In this document: positions 39,671 through 53,353 of the stretch, in pieces
How positions within the stretch are numbered: the first letter of the stretch is position 1
Layout of the letters: the number at the start of each line of letters is the position of its first letter
The notes under the pieces: generated by a model
Told to the model about the DNA's origin: nothing
Seen by the model: only the letters and a program-made list of their open reading frames with translations
Database searches by the model: none
NCBI GenBank assembly: GCA_964016885.1
Contig: OZ024744.1
Location: forward strand, 66,836,001-66,900,000
DNA from: Eledone cirrhosa
Taxonomy: Eukaryota
Direction: 5' to 3'
DNA: 64,000 nt
Translations under genes and position numbers: made by a program

Positions 39671-42600
39671 TGTTTCTTTATTAGCCACGGGGGCACAAAA
39701 GAAGGGGACAAATACAAAGGGGGAAGTTTACATACAATAAAAACGTGTAAAATATTATCACAAATGCAATTGAAAAGTTAAACGATTTTCCCCAATAGGG
39801 GGAGACATTTCATATCGGTAACACATACCCCCGAAAAAATGTGCAACCCTCATTTCCAGGAGTACGAAGAGTTTGTACCCCCTTCCTCTCTTCATCCTTT
39901 TCCTCAACCTACAGGCTGATATAGAGAGAAGGCCCATTCACTCGGGCCATTCTCGCCACTTTCACCCACCTTTCATAAAACTTGCTGGGGTACAGCACCT
40001 CTCTCTCCATCCTGATTCTTCTTCCAAAGTGGTATAGCTATCACACAAAGGAAAACCGCCTCTCCTTCGTTTTTGAAGGAGGGTGGCAGTTTGATCATGA
40101 CAATGGACTCGGTGGTCAACCGGATTGGTCCCACCTGCGACAATAGTCGTTCAACATAGCCCCACAGGTCGGTAACGCCCTGGAAGTGTATGAATGCGTG
40201 CGCGACGGTTTTTTCGTCTCGCACGCATCTCGGACAGATCTTTTTCGAAGGGTCCCTGCTCGGGCGCCCATGTCTATAGAGCTTGTCTCGAACTGGTAGA
40301 GCTCTTCGGTAGCACTGCCAGGCTGAGGACTTTGGGAAGTTGTCCATCGGTCCCGGGCGGAAGGTCGTACCGAACATACTGGCCAGTTCGTCTTCCTCTA
40401 CGCCTAGAGTTTCACCGAGCGCGTCGTCGCACTTGCTGCGGATCAACCCTCTATAGAATGACGAAATGGAGTATCCACTGATCGCCGGGTCCTCCTGCCA
40501 GAGGGCTGTGAGCGCCTGAGCACATTCGATGTGCCAGTCGCCCATTTTCCTCGGTCTTTGCTTGACTCAGGACTGCAGCTCGGTCAGCGAGACGAGTCGT
40601 GGGAAGGCTCGCCTCACGAACGGGGCCCACACCGGTTGTCCGGTGAGGAATACGTAGAGATGCCGCAGCCTGAGCGCGGGTTTGCGCATCGTCAGCCACG
40701 GCAGCAGATGGATCTTCTCACCAAAGGAGCCCGCTTCTTCTAAAGGAATTGGAAGAGCACGCGCTCCATTTTGGTGAGCGTTTTGGCTGGACAAGGCACG
40801 ACGGTCAAGCGGTAGTAGATGACGTACGCTATAAAAGTGTTAGCCACCTCCGCTCGACCTTTCAAGGATAGTTTGCACTCGGCCCACTTCTGGGTGAGTG
40901 CATCCCTGTCGGATGGATTGCGTGATATGGAACGGCTCCGAGAGGTAGCCGTTCACTTTGACCCTTGAGCAGATGTTGCTGTTGTGCATTGCAGCAATCC
41001 TGCCCATGAACACGGGTCCGAAGCCTGCCGCCTCGAACACCGCATCCAGGTAACGATGGTCAACCCTATCGAAAGCCTTAGACTGATCCAAGTTGATCAG
41101 GGCCCCACCGAAGCCGGGTTTAGACCCTACCCTCTCTATGATGTATCGCATGAGGTGGAGGTTGTCGTGTATGGACCTGGTCGGGATTGCGCATGTCTGC
41201 GCTTCTCCCACCAGGTTTTTGACGACAAGCGCCAGCCTCTTTGTCAACACCTTGGCCAAAATCTGTAACTCTGTGTTTAGCAGAGTTATGGGTCGGAAGT
41301 TGCCTATGTCATCCCCCTTATTCTCGTCCTTCCTGACTAGTGCGACTACGCCCCTGGTCACAGAACTGGGAATTCTCCCGTTATGCTGCCAGTTGCAGTA
41401 GACCGCTTCCAGGAGACCGGAGAACAAGTCCGACATTGCTACGTAAAATTCGTAGGGTAGACCGTCGAGACCTGGAGATTTGCGTTTGCCGCATTGGCTC
41501 AGCGCGTCCCTTATCTCAGCGGCTGAAATCGGCTTTTCGCAGAACTTCGCCTCGCTGTCCGAGAGTCGCGATAGGCCGTCGAGGTATGGACCGAAATCCA
41601 TAGCACCTCCCAGCGCACCGCCCTGCCCGAACAGCTGAGCAAAGTGCCGCTGAAAGGCCGCGCACACTTGCTTCGGCTCACGTATCACGCGTCCGTCTTG
41701 GTCCTTCAAAGACCGAATCGTGGACTTGTTGCCACTTGTTGCCTCCGTCACTCGGGCCCAGCTAACAGCTTTGGCTTCCTCGTTTACCAGAGCACGTATT
41801 TTTCTTCTGACAAAGAAGCCCTCGTGATTTGCGTCGAAGAACTGGTCCAATGCCGTTCTTGTTGCTAGCACGCTGGCTACGTTGCCACTTCTAATTGCCT
41901 CTTCTACTTTATCTATCAGTCCCTTCTCGGTCCTATTTCTATTTAAAGCTAATTCTTTACTAAAAACTAACGACTCTAATCTGACTGACCTCTTGAGAGA
42001 GTACCACCATCTGTTGTTGACAATGGCCCCTGTCAAGTGTTGTTTAACTAAAGTGCTAATCCGTCTACTGTAGGCTTTGCATGTCGGTAACGACAAGTTC
42101 AGCTTCCAGTAGCCGGGTCCTTGTCTATGGGTTCTATCAAGGTTGACCATGCAGGACACTAGTTTGTGATCTGAATAGGCAATCATGAACATTTGTGGAC
42201 AGCTTAACATGTCCCTATCTTTATTTCTAATTAGAACCCTATCTAGGTACTATCTAGATGTTCCGCTAAGATTAGTCCACGTCCACAGTGGCACAGTCGG
42301 AAAATCTAGTCGATATCTATCGGCCAGGTCAAATCGGCCGATTAACTGTTTGAGGCTGTTACACCCTCCTTTATCGGGACATGCTCCCACATAGTCCCAA
42401 CATGCATCTAGGATTCCATTCCAGTCCCCCACTAAAAGCAAGGAGCGGGACGTTCCCAGAAAAGTCTCTAGACGTTTGAAGAAGTCTGGCCGCGGTGTCC
42501 CGGATGGGGCATATGCGGCTACCAACCTGAAGGCTCCACCTTCACTACCGTCAACGTCTAGGACCACCAGTCGACCCTCCGGGTCCAGATGTACCGTCTG

Positions 42601-44525
42601 TGTTACAAGATCCAGGTGTTTCCGCAGCAAAACGGCAACTCCGCGCCCCCTCCCGGCTAACAGAGACATGCGTAGATCTCAAAGTCGTCGAAGATGGGGG
42701 CCAGTTGTCGCTCGCTGTGGATCCTGTACTCGCAAATGGCTACTACATCCATACTGTGCGACCTGAGGTCGTTTAAGAGTTTGCCCTGTTTCCAGGGCAT
42801 CCCCAGGCCGCTTACATTCACACACCCAACTCTTATATTGGCCATGTTGGTGCTGAAAATTTAAAAGAAGAGGAAAAGAAATCACTCATCCCTTCGTCTC
42901 CTGGGGACCAGGCTGCACGATTTCCATGGGGGTGTTGGAGGGGTTGTCTGGGTGGGTGGTGGTTTCTGGCGGGGTGGGGACGGAGATGTTTGGTGGGGAG
43001 GGGGTGTCTGATGGGGCGGGGGTGTCTGGGGTGAGGGTGTGGAAACATTTTAAAAGGACGCGTTTAATGGGTTTAACACAAAGATTACCCACGTCCTTAG
43101 GAAAGTTTTCCTTTAAAGACTTATAGGTGTCCGTAGGGACCGTAATCATCTTTAAATTAGGTTTGTCTACACAGTTCGAAAAAGCTTTCCCTTCGGTGAA
43201 AACCGAAGGGTCGCGGGAGATGACCTCCATTAAAGTTTTGTTCTCACTGTTTATGTATGTGTAATGTTCTTGTGTTGTGTTGGCTTTTGTCTGTTGTTCT
43301 TGTGTGAGCTTTCGTTTTGTTGTAGGTGTTTGTGTTTGGAGTGATGTCGTGGTTTTGTTTTCGGGATGGGGTTTTTGTTTGTAATGTTTGTGTTGTTTGT
43401 GTTGGTGGTTGTATGTTTGTAGTGATGTTTGTTGCTTTTTTGTTCTTGTAGTGTCTTTTCTTCTTTCTTTTCGAACGGAGAGGCTCTCCCTCATCGTCAC
43501 TTGGTGATGATGAGGGGTCTCGTCCGTTGTGGTGTCTGTGTTATTTGGAAGGGGTATGTTTTGGGGAGCTGTTATGTTTGTGGGTGTTTTTGCAGTGGTT
43601 TTAGATGGAGTGTGGTTGGGTGGGACTGTGCTTGCAGATTGGTTTGTTCTTGTTTTGGTTGTGTTTGCGTGTTGTTGTTGTTGTTGTTGTGGTGGTGGTG
43701 GTGGTGGTTGTGTTGTTGTTGTTGTTGTTGTTGTGGTGGTGGTGGTGGTGGTTGTGTTGTTGTTTGGGTGTTGGCAGTAGTGCCTCTTTTTTTTTGCAGC
43801 TAGCTGAGGACAGTAAGCCTTCAGGTTACCACTGCTTAAACAGTGGTAACATAAAGGCCGCCTACTCTCAACAGAAATGTTTATGTATGAAATTCCATCC
43901 AGAGGCACACGTTGGGGTATTTTAGCTAACCGTTCTGGCCTCATTTGGACCAGAACTTCCAAGCTTGTACCATTGAATGTGCCTCTGGAGGACTTTCCCA
44001 CCGAAATAATTGTCTTCATCGAAATCGATGGAGCCAGTCAAAATCCACTAAATGTTTATGTTTGGTGTACTATTTGCAATTTTAATTTTGGGGTTTCTTT
44101 TTCCCATATATGTGAGGGGGAGGGGGGGAGGTGTAAAGGGGGGAACAATTGGCGACACAGAATATTTTTGTGCCGTCAATTGGTCTTTCATCAGCACCGA
44201 AATGCTTCCAAAAAGTTTACCTTTTTGGATGAAGGCAATATCTTTTATTGGATTTTTCAGAACCAGTTCAATGTCGTTTTGGGATAATTGAACTGGTTTT
44301 TTCGATACATTTGAAACTGTCCTAAAAATTACTGTTTTTAGGACAGTTTTTCTACGTAACTGTTGAGGAGAAGTGATGCTGAAAGCACCACTCTCACCAA
44401 AAGTTACGTACTGCTTTGTATCACTTAACATTTCCCTAGCATTGGTAATATACAATATGTAAACAGTTCCGTCTTTTGGACGGTGTGAGCAAAGGAAATC
44501 TTTTCCTTGTTTGTGGAGTTGTTCG

Positions 44526-44572
<47 letters not shown>

Positions 44573-44985
44573 CAATTACAGCATTTTCGGTGTTTTTTTT
44601 GGTGTCTGTTGCGGGCTGTTATTTTCATCTTTTGTTGTGTGAATATTCATTTCTTTACGAAACGAAGTTTTGTTGTTGTTCGTCTCCATAGATACTTCTA
44701 TGGAAATAGAGGGAGATATAACGCTTATCTCTGTCTCTTTCCTTCTCTTTTCGCAGTCTAGCGTTCGTTGTACGTCACACATTGTTAAAGTTAGGAAAAT
44801 TTTTAAAACTTGTCAATTTAAAAAAAATTAAATTTCCGCCCCTGTGGGGCGAAAACTGAGATTACCACGTATCTGACAATTCAGCCTGGGTGTTAATCTA
44901 TCAAACAATATAAAATTCTACACAATGAATACTGTTTTTGTATGGAAAATTTTACAAAAACTTACCAGCGATCTACCGCACGTCC
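39671..44985 (-). mobile_element. Tx1/L1-clade LINE copy B (near full-length; frameshifts; ~400-bp RT deletion)
   Basis: ORF1 ~42886-44780 (CYHCLSSGNLKAYC knuckle); ORF2 from 42845 (MANIRVGCVNV, GDWN, SDHK, KSPGLDGLPYEFY, FRPITLLNTE, LDQSKAFDRVD, IRQGC); C-terminal CPRC..H. Confidence 0.95.
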
Positions 44986-45005
44986 GATAGAGAGATAGAT
45001 AGATA

Positions 45006-48000
45006 TATTTCTTTATTTGCCACAAGGGCGCACAAGAAAAGGGGACAATACAAAGACATGCCGGGGATTTTACATACAGTTGTATAAAAATATAAAAACA
45101 AACAATTACAACAATCGAAATCCCCAATAGGGGGGAGGCGCCACAAATGGGTTGTTTAATACCCCGTCGATAGAACAACCTTCAACTCCAGGAGCGTGTT
45201 GTGCAAGTGCTCCTTTCTTCCCTTTGCTCTCTTCTTCAACCTACAGGTTTATAAACAGAGAAGGCCCAATCACTCGGGCCATTTTCGCTTCATTCACCCA
45301 CCTTTCAGTAAATTTACTGGGGTTCAGTGCCTCTCTCTCCACTCTGATTCTCCTTCTAAAGTGATACTTAAAGAAGGGAATCAATTGTTGTCCGTAGAGA
45401 AAGGCAACTGTTCTCAGTCCTCTCAATCTCGTCCACCATATAACCTCTTTCACCATAGCCACCGTACAGAGGAAAACCGCCTCTCTTTCGTTTTTGAAAG
45501 AGGCTGGTGGTTTGATCCTTACTATGGACTCGGCAGTCAACTGGATTTGTCCCATACGCGACAACAGTTGTTCTGCATAGTTCCACAGGTCAGTTACGCC
45601 CGGGCAGTGTACAATTGCGTGCAGGACTGTTTCAATGTCCTGCGCTCATCTTGGACACGTCCTCTTGGAAGGATCCCTGCCAGGGCGTCCGTGCCTGTAG
45701 ATCTTGTCACGAACCGGTATAGCTCCTCGGTAGCCTTGCCGGGCCAGGGACCTCTGGAAGTTGTCCATAGGTCCCGGGCGGAAAGTCCTACCCAATAGAC
45801 TGGTGAGCTCATCGTCTTCGACGCCCAGAGTCCCTCCGAGCACGTCGTCGCCCTTGTAACGTACAATTCCTCTATAGAATGTCGAAGTGGAGTCTCCACT
45901 GATTGCTGCGCCCGCTTGCCAGAGACTGTGAGCGCCTGAGCGCATTCAATGTGCCAGGCGCCCATCGTTTTCGGTCTTTACTTGACCCAGGACTGCAGCT
46001 ACGTCAGCGAGACGAGCTGTGGGAAAGCCTGTCTCACAAACGGTGCCCACACCGGTTGGGGGTCGGTGAGGAATACCTGGAGATGCCGCAGCCTCAGCAC
46101 ATGTTTGCGCATCATCAGCCACGGCATTCCCAGCCCTCCGTTGGAAGGGTGCTGACAGCAGACGGATCTCCTCACCAGCGGAGCCTGCTTCTTCCACAGA
46201 AACTGGAAGAGCATGCGTTCCATCTTGGCGAGGTGTTCACGGGGACAAGGCACGACAGTCAAGCTGTAGTAGATGACGGACGCTATGGAAGTGTTCGCCA
46301 CCTCCGCTCGACCTTTCAATGACAGTTTGCACTCTGCCCACTTCTGGGTGAGTGCAAACACCTTGGCCGTGACCTCGTTCCAGTTTTTCTCCACTTGGAG
46401 GTGTGGACTGAACCAGACCCCGAGCAATTTCACCGGTCCGTCCGTCCAGCGTCCAACGACGCTGTCGGACGTCATCGGTTTGCCTCTCCACGTACCGAGT
46501 TGCAAACCGACAGACTTGTCCGGGTTTAGTTTTGCTCCCGTCAGCGTTTCGTATTCTTTCAGTATGTTGCCGATCACCCCGATTTCCGAGGTGCTCGACA
46601 CCATTACCGTCAGGTAGTCGGCATAAGCTGACGCCGCTTTGCGCAGTCCCGGTTCTAGAGGGATGCCCTGCAACAGCTCCAATTTCCGCAGTAGTGGCTC
46701 TAGAGTCAATAATACAGAATGGAGGAGAGAGGGCACCCCTGTCGAATGGAACGCGTGATTGCGAACGGCTCCGATAGGTAGCCGTTCACCTTGACCCTCG
46801 AGCAGATGCTGTTGTGCATTGCCTCGATCCATCCTCTGAACACGTGACCGAAACCGGCCGCCTTGAAAACCGCTTCCAAGTATCGAAGGTCGACCCTATC
46901 GAATGCCTTAGACTGATCCAAATTGATCAGAGCCCCACCGAAAGCGGGTTTACTACCTATCCTCTCTATGATGTATCGCATGAGGTGGAGGTTGTCGTGT
47001 ATGGACCTTGTCGGGATTGCACACGTTTGCGCTTTCCCTACCAGGTTCTCGACGACAAGCGCCAACCTCGTCGCTAGCACCTTGGCCAAAATCATTAACT
47101 CTGTGTTGAGCAGAGTTATGGGCCTGAAGCTGTTAATTTCGTCCCCCTTGTTCTCATCTTTCCTGATCAGCATTACTACGCCCTTGCCTGCAGAACTAGG
47201 AATTCTCCCGTTCTGCTGCCTATTGCAGTAGACGGCTTAGAGGACGCCAGAGAACAAGTCTGGCATGCCTATGTAGAACTCGTAGAGTAGACCATCTAGA
47301 CCGGGTGACTTGCGTTTCCCGCAGCGGCCCAGAGCGTCCCGTATCTCAGTGTCCGTGATCGGTCTTTCGCAGAACTCGGCGTCTGTGTTCGAGAGACGCG
47401 GCAGGCCGTCGAGGTATGAACTAAAGTCCATTACTCGGTTCGGCTCACCGTTGTTCTGCTCAAACAGTCGCGCAAAGTGCTGCTGAAAGGCCGCGCACAT
47501 TTGCATGGGGTCAAGTAGCACGCGTCCGTTTTGGTCTTTCAAAGACCGAATTGTGGACTTGTTGCCACTTTTTGCCTCCGCCACTCGGGCCCAGCTGACA
47601 GCTTTCGCTCCTTCGTTTCCTAGAGCACGTGTTTTGCTTCTGACAACGCAACCTTCGTGTTTCACATCGAAGAACTGGTCCAGTGCCGTTCTCGACGCGA
47701 ACACTCTAGCCGCGTTGCCACTTCTAAGTGCCTCCTCTACCTTGGCTACTAGTTCTCTTTCTATTCTGTTTTTCTCTAAGGCTAACTCTCTGCTATACCC
47801 TATCGATTCTATTCTAAGTGCTTTCTTGAGAGAGTACAACCATCTATTGTTTACGATGGCTCCCGTTAACTGTTGCTTGACTAGTCTACTTATCCGTTCA
47901 CTGTACGCTTTACGTGCCGGCAACGACACGTTCAGCTTCCAGTATCCGGGTCCCTGTCTATGTATTCTATCACGGTTGACTAAGCAGACGACTAACTTGT

Positions 48001-51000
48001 GATCTGAATAGGCAACCATGTGCATTCGTGGACAGCTTAACATCTCCTTGTCCCTTTCTCTAATGAAGAACCTATCTAAATACGATCTAGATGTCCCACT
48101 GCGGTTTGTCCACGTCCACTGTGGTGCAGTCGGAAAATCCAGTGGATACCTATCGGCCAGTTGGAATTGGCCGATTAAAGTTTTGAGGCTGTTGCACCCC
48201 GCTCTACTGGGACATGCTCCCACATAGTCCCATCGTGCATCTAGGATACCATTCCAGTCCCCCACTAAAAGTAAGGAGCGAGACGTTCCCAGAAAAGACT
48301 CTAGACGCTTAAAGAAGTCTGGCCGTGATTGCGATTGCCCGTCGGGGCATAAACTGCCACCAGTCTGAAGGCTCCACCTCCAATACTGTTCACGTCTAGG
48401 ACTACCAGTCTACCCTCCGGGTCCAAGTGTACTTGCTGTACTTCGACGTCCAGGTTCTTCCGAAACATGACAGCCACTCCCCCTCACCCCCCGGCTGACA
48501 GAGAGATGCGTAGATCTCAAAGTCGTCGAAGATGGGGGTTAGTTGCTGTCTGTTGTGGATCCTGGACTCGGTGATGGCTATCACATCCATACTGTGTGAC
48601 CTAAGGTCGTTTAAAAGTTGGCCCTGTTTCCAGGGCATCCCTAGGCCACGCACATTCACGGTTCCAACTCGTAAACTAGCCATGTTGGTGAAGAAAAGTT
48701 GGAGAAAAAGGACGAAAGGTGCACTTACCTTTTCGTTTCCTGGAGATCGGGTTGTTCAATCTCCATTTGGGTGCTGGATGGGGTGTTGGGTGGGGTGGGG
48801 AAACATTTTAACAGGACGCGGTTGATGGGTTTGTGGCAGAGGTTGCCCACGTCCTGTGAAAATTTATTTTTTAGGTCATTATAGGTTTCCATAGAAACCC
48901 TTAAGTGAAGGCGTGTGGCTGAGTGGTTAGAGAACTGGATTCGCAATCGTGAGGTTGTGAGTTCGATTCCTGGACCGGGCGATGCGTATGTCCTTCAGCA
49001 AGACACTTTATTTCACGTTGCTCCTTCTACCTGGAGTTGCGACCGATAGATAGTATTAGCAATTGGAAAGACCAATGGAAACACTGCTTCCTCGGTCCGA
49101 TTTGACGAAAGTTGATCGTTAGGAGAAACCCTTATAAGTTTAAGGTGTGGAGACGATTCTGCCTTGACGAAAGTTTTGCCCTCCGTCTCCACCTTGGGGT
49201 TTTGGGAGATGACCTCCATCAAACTCTTGTTGTTTGTGTTTTTGTTGTGTTGTTTTAGTTTGTTGTTCGTCCGGGAGTTTTCTTTTTATGGTGGGTGCTT
49301 GTATTTGGGGTGGTGTTGGTGTTGGTTTTGCTGATAGGGGGATGTTTGACTGTGGTGTTGTTTGTGTTGTTGGTTGTGTGTTGGTGTTGGTGTTGGTGTT
49401 GGTGATTGGAGTTTGGGGGTTTTGTGGTGTTTCTGTTTTTATTTTTTAGATTTCCGCGGCTCTCCCTCTTCTCCACTTAAAGAAGGAGAAGCAGCCTCAT
49501 CCGTCGATGAATAATCATCGTTAGGTGTATGGGCAAGGGTATGTTGTGTGGTGGTGGTGTTTCGGTGTGTGTTTTTGTGGTAGTGTTTGATGGAGTGGGA
49601 TGGAGTGGGGCTGTGTTCTTCAGGGGTGTTGTCTCTGTTTTTTCTGTTGTTGTTGGTTGAGTGTCTGTTTGTTTTGGTGTGGTTGCTCGTTTCGTCTGTC
49701 GTTGTACTTGTGGTGGTTGCTTTGGTGTTGGTGTTGGTAACAGTGTTTTCTTTTGTATTGTTTTGGTTGAGTATGTTTGTAAAGGGCAGGAGGTCTTTAG
49801 GTGTGTGGTGCTATTGCAACGAAAGCAATGTGGTTGTCGTCCCTCCACCGAAATGTTTATGTGGCTGTTGTTGTCCACCACCACTTTTTCTGGTATTTTG
49901 GAGATTCTTTCCGGGCTCATTTGCACCAGAATCTCCAAATTTGTACCAGACCAGGTGTGTCTGGTTGACGTTTTGATGGAGAGAATCGTGTCTTTTCTCT
50001 CCTCTAAAATTATGGCCAATATCCACCAAATATTAATATTTGGTGGTATGTTTGAAACTCTAATCTTTTGTGTCCTTTTTCCCAGGTATGTAGGGAAAAA
50101 GGTGTATTTTTGTGACAGTATAGGCGTCACTGAATATCTTTGTGCAAGTGCCTCGCTTTTGAGGAGTACCGAAATACTCCCGTATTGTTTGGCCCTCTGC
50201 ATAAAGTCAATGTCTGGCAATATCTCCTTCAATGTTGCCTCAATTTCCCCTTGACTGAGGAATGCTGGTCGCTTTGTTTCATTTGAAACAGTTCTGAAGG
50301 TAATTGTCCTTCTAAATGTTTCCAGACGAATTTCTGGGGATGAGTTTATCCGAAATCCCCCGTTTTCACCGAAAGTGATAAACTCCTTTGCTTCAGAGAG
50401 CATGTTTCGCATTGGAGATATCGAGATCCTTGAACTCTTGTGCCTTGGTGACTGTTTGCGCAAAAGTTTTTTTGGTGTTGTTGTTATTGTTGTTGTTATG
50501 GTTGTCGGGTTTTCCGTTTGTAGTTGTGTCAATGGTTTTATTTTCTGTTGTTTTTGGTGTCTGTTGTACCATCATGTGTGGTTCGATCTTGTTTTTATTT
50601 TTGTTGTCCATATTGGTTTCCATGGTGACGCCAATACATGCGGAGTTAGAAGTAACGTTATTATTATTTGTACCAGTAATACAGTGGTTAATTGCTGGCC
50701 TTGTGCCAAAAGTAGAAACAATTATTATTTGTGACAGTTTTTGTAAAAGTTATTTTTTTTTTGTGTTGTTGTTGTTGCTGTTGTGGTTGTCGGCTTTTCC
50801 GTTTGTAGTTGTGTCAATTGTTTTTTCTGTTGATTTCAGTGTATGTTGTATACTGTGTGGTTCACTGTGTGATTCAATTTTGTTTGTGTTGTCTACTTCA
50901 CTTTCGTTACACAAAACTTTGTTGTCAACTACATCGATACAGGCAAAGTTCTCAGAAACGTTAAAGTCTATTTCTTCTTTTCTTTTTCCTTCTTCAACGT

Positions 51001-51246
51001 TCGCTCGCGTTCTTTGAACGCTTGCCATAGCTGATGGCAAAATATTAAAAATGTTTAAACAGTTTTCAAATTAATTTCAAATTAAATTTCGCCCCTTTGG
51101 GGGCGAAAAATAAGATTGCCACCCAGCTGACAATTCAGCCTGGGGGTTAATCTACAAAACGATGTATTTTTTTAAACAATAATTTCTGTTTTCTGTGAAT
51201 AAATTGACAGAAACTTACCAGCAAAATTGTCTGCGTCCAGCTACCA
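45006..51246 (-). mobile_element. Tx1/L1-clade LINE copy C (full-length, frameshifted)
   Basis: ORF1 with CFRCNSTTHLKTSC; ORF2 48683-45241 with APE, RT (IRQGCPLS, YADY) and C-terminal domain; candidate 17-bp TSD AGAGAGATAGATAGATA at 44989-45005 and 51247-51263. Confidence 0.95.
48904..49123 (+). mobile_element. tRNA-derived SINE (S2-type head) inserted into ORF1 of Tx1 copy C
   Basis: A box TGGCTGAGTGG, B box GAGTTCGATTCC; 11-bp TSD AGAAACCCTTA at 48893-48903 and 49124-49134; removing it restores LKLIRVSMETYNDLKNKF. Confidence 0.9.
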
Positions 51247-51250
51247 AGAG

Positions 51251-51315
<65 letters not shown>

Positions 51316-51320
51316 TAATA

Positions 51321-51378
<58 letters not shown>

Positions 51379-51399
51379 ATAATAATTTATCTATAAGTA

Positions 51400-51765
51400 T
51401 GTATGTATGTATTACATATATGTATGTATGCATGTATGTATTATATATGTATTATATATATGTATGTATGTTTGTGTGTATGTATGTTTGTATGTATGTA
51501 TGAGTTATATTTGTATGTATGTATGTATGTATGTATGTATGTATGTATGTATGTATGTATGTATGTATGTATGTATGTATGTTTGTATATATATGTATGT
51601 ATGTTTGTATGTATGTATTTATGTTTCTATATATGTATGTATGTTTGTATGTATGCATGTATGTATATATGTATGTATATTTGTATATATGTATTTACCT
51701 ATATATGTATGTATGCATGCATGCATTATATATCTATGTATCTATGTATTATATATATGTATGTT
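51400..51765. repeat. (TATG)n microsatellite
   Basis: Direct reading. Confidence 0.9.
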
Positions 51766-52054
51766 AGTTTTTGTTATTAGGCCTCTTGCTTTTATTGTAA
51801 AAATTTCACAGCCAAACATGACATATACTTAGTAGGATCCTGCACTTCTTAAGAAGGGAAATAATGTATCTGACACACTATACAAAGAGCCAGTGCCAGA
51901 AATGTAATATTTTATAACAGCGAAACATTGTCTGTTAATAGGCATTATGACAGCTGCTAGGTTACGGGAAGTTACAACTGGTTTTAAAGCCTTCGATAAT
52001 ATCAATAACTTGTGTACTAAAGAAAGTACACTCATTATATATTTACAAACACAA

Positions 52055-53072
52055 CGGCGGGGGATTGGCAGTAACGGTAGAAAGGTCGGACGCCATAATT
52101 TAGAACATTGAGTTACGGCCCTTTATTTATCATCTGAGTTCAAATCCTGCCGGGATCGATAAAATAAAGCACCAATAATGCACTGGGGTAATTGCTGGCC
52201 TTGTACCGAAAATAGAAACAATTATATATTTACAAACAAACCGGTGGTGGATCGGCTGAATCGGTAGAGTGTCGCACATCATGTCTTGCGTTCAAATCTC
52301 GCCGAGGTTAGCTTTGCCGCCTTTTATCCTTATGGGATCGATAAAATAAAGTACCAGTAACGCAATGGGTTTGATTTAATCGACTTTCCTCTTCCCTTAA
52401 TATTGTTGACCTCGTGCCTAAATCAGAAACCATTACTTTGCCTTTCATCCTTACGAGGTTGATAAAATAAAGTACCAGTAATGTACTGGATAATTGCTGG
52501 CCTAGAAACAATTATTATAGGGCTATTGATTGGCAGTATCGGACAATATACTCGGCAGCATATAGTTACGTCCCTTTACGTTCTGAGTTCAAATTCCGCA
52601 GATGTTAACTTTGTCTTTCATCCTTACGAGGTCGATAACATAAAGTACCAGTAATGCACTGGGGTTGATTTAATAGACTTTTCCTTCCTCCAAAATTGTT
52701 GGCCTTGTGCCTAAATCTGAAACCATTATTTATTTTACGATTTTACGAGTGAGGGCGGTGGATTGGCAGTATCGGTAGAGGGTCTGACGCCAAGCTTTCC
52801 AGCATAGTTACGTCCCTTTACGATCTGAGTTCAAATCCCGCCGAGGTTGACTTTGCCTTTCATCCTTACGGGGTCGATAAAATAAAGTACCAGTAATGCA
52901 TTGGGTAATTGCTGGCCTTGTGCCTAAAGTAGAAACAATTATTTATTTTACGATCTGAGTTCAAATCCCGCTGAGGTTAACTTTGCCTTTCATCCTTACA
53001 GGGTCGATAAAATAAAGTACCAGTAATGTACTGGGTACTTGCTGGCCTTGTGCCAAATGTAGAAACATTTAT
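52055..53072 (+). mobile_element. Cluster of about 6 full or partial S1 SINEs
   Basis: Repeated B-box, core and tail motifs in the same orientation. Confidence 0.9.
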
Positions 53073-53353
53073 TTACAAACATATATCAACAAAGGAACTT
53101 CTTCCCGGTATATTGTTTTATTCGCATATCACAACCAACCAGGACCTGCCAGAGAAATATTTCGATACGAAAAAGAACTACCTTCAGGATCCTAGGAAAA
53201 AGAGAGATCCTTGTAAAATTGAACGGTGCAGAAATAGGATTTTCTGTTTTTAGGGGAAGTGCTCAGATATTTATGAATCGCTTCTTCACTCTACGGGCCT
53301 CGAATAGATGTATCGCCTGAACCACTCTATTGTGGTTTCTGCACTTCAACTAT

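Noticed and set aside
48908-48980. tRNA gene
   Set aside because: It is the tRNA-derived head of a SINE bounded by an 11-bp TSD; no complete cloverleaf or terminator
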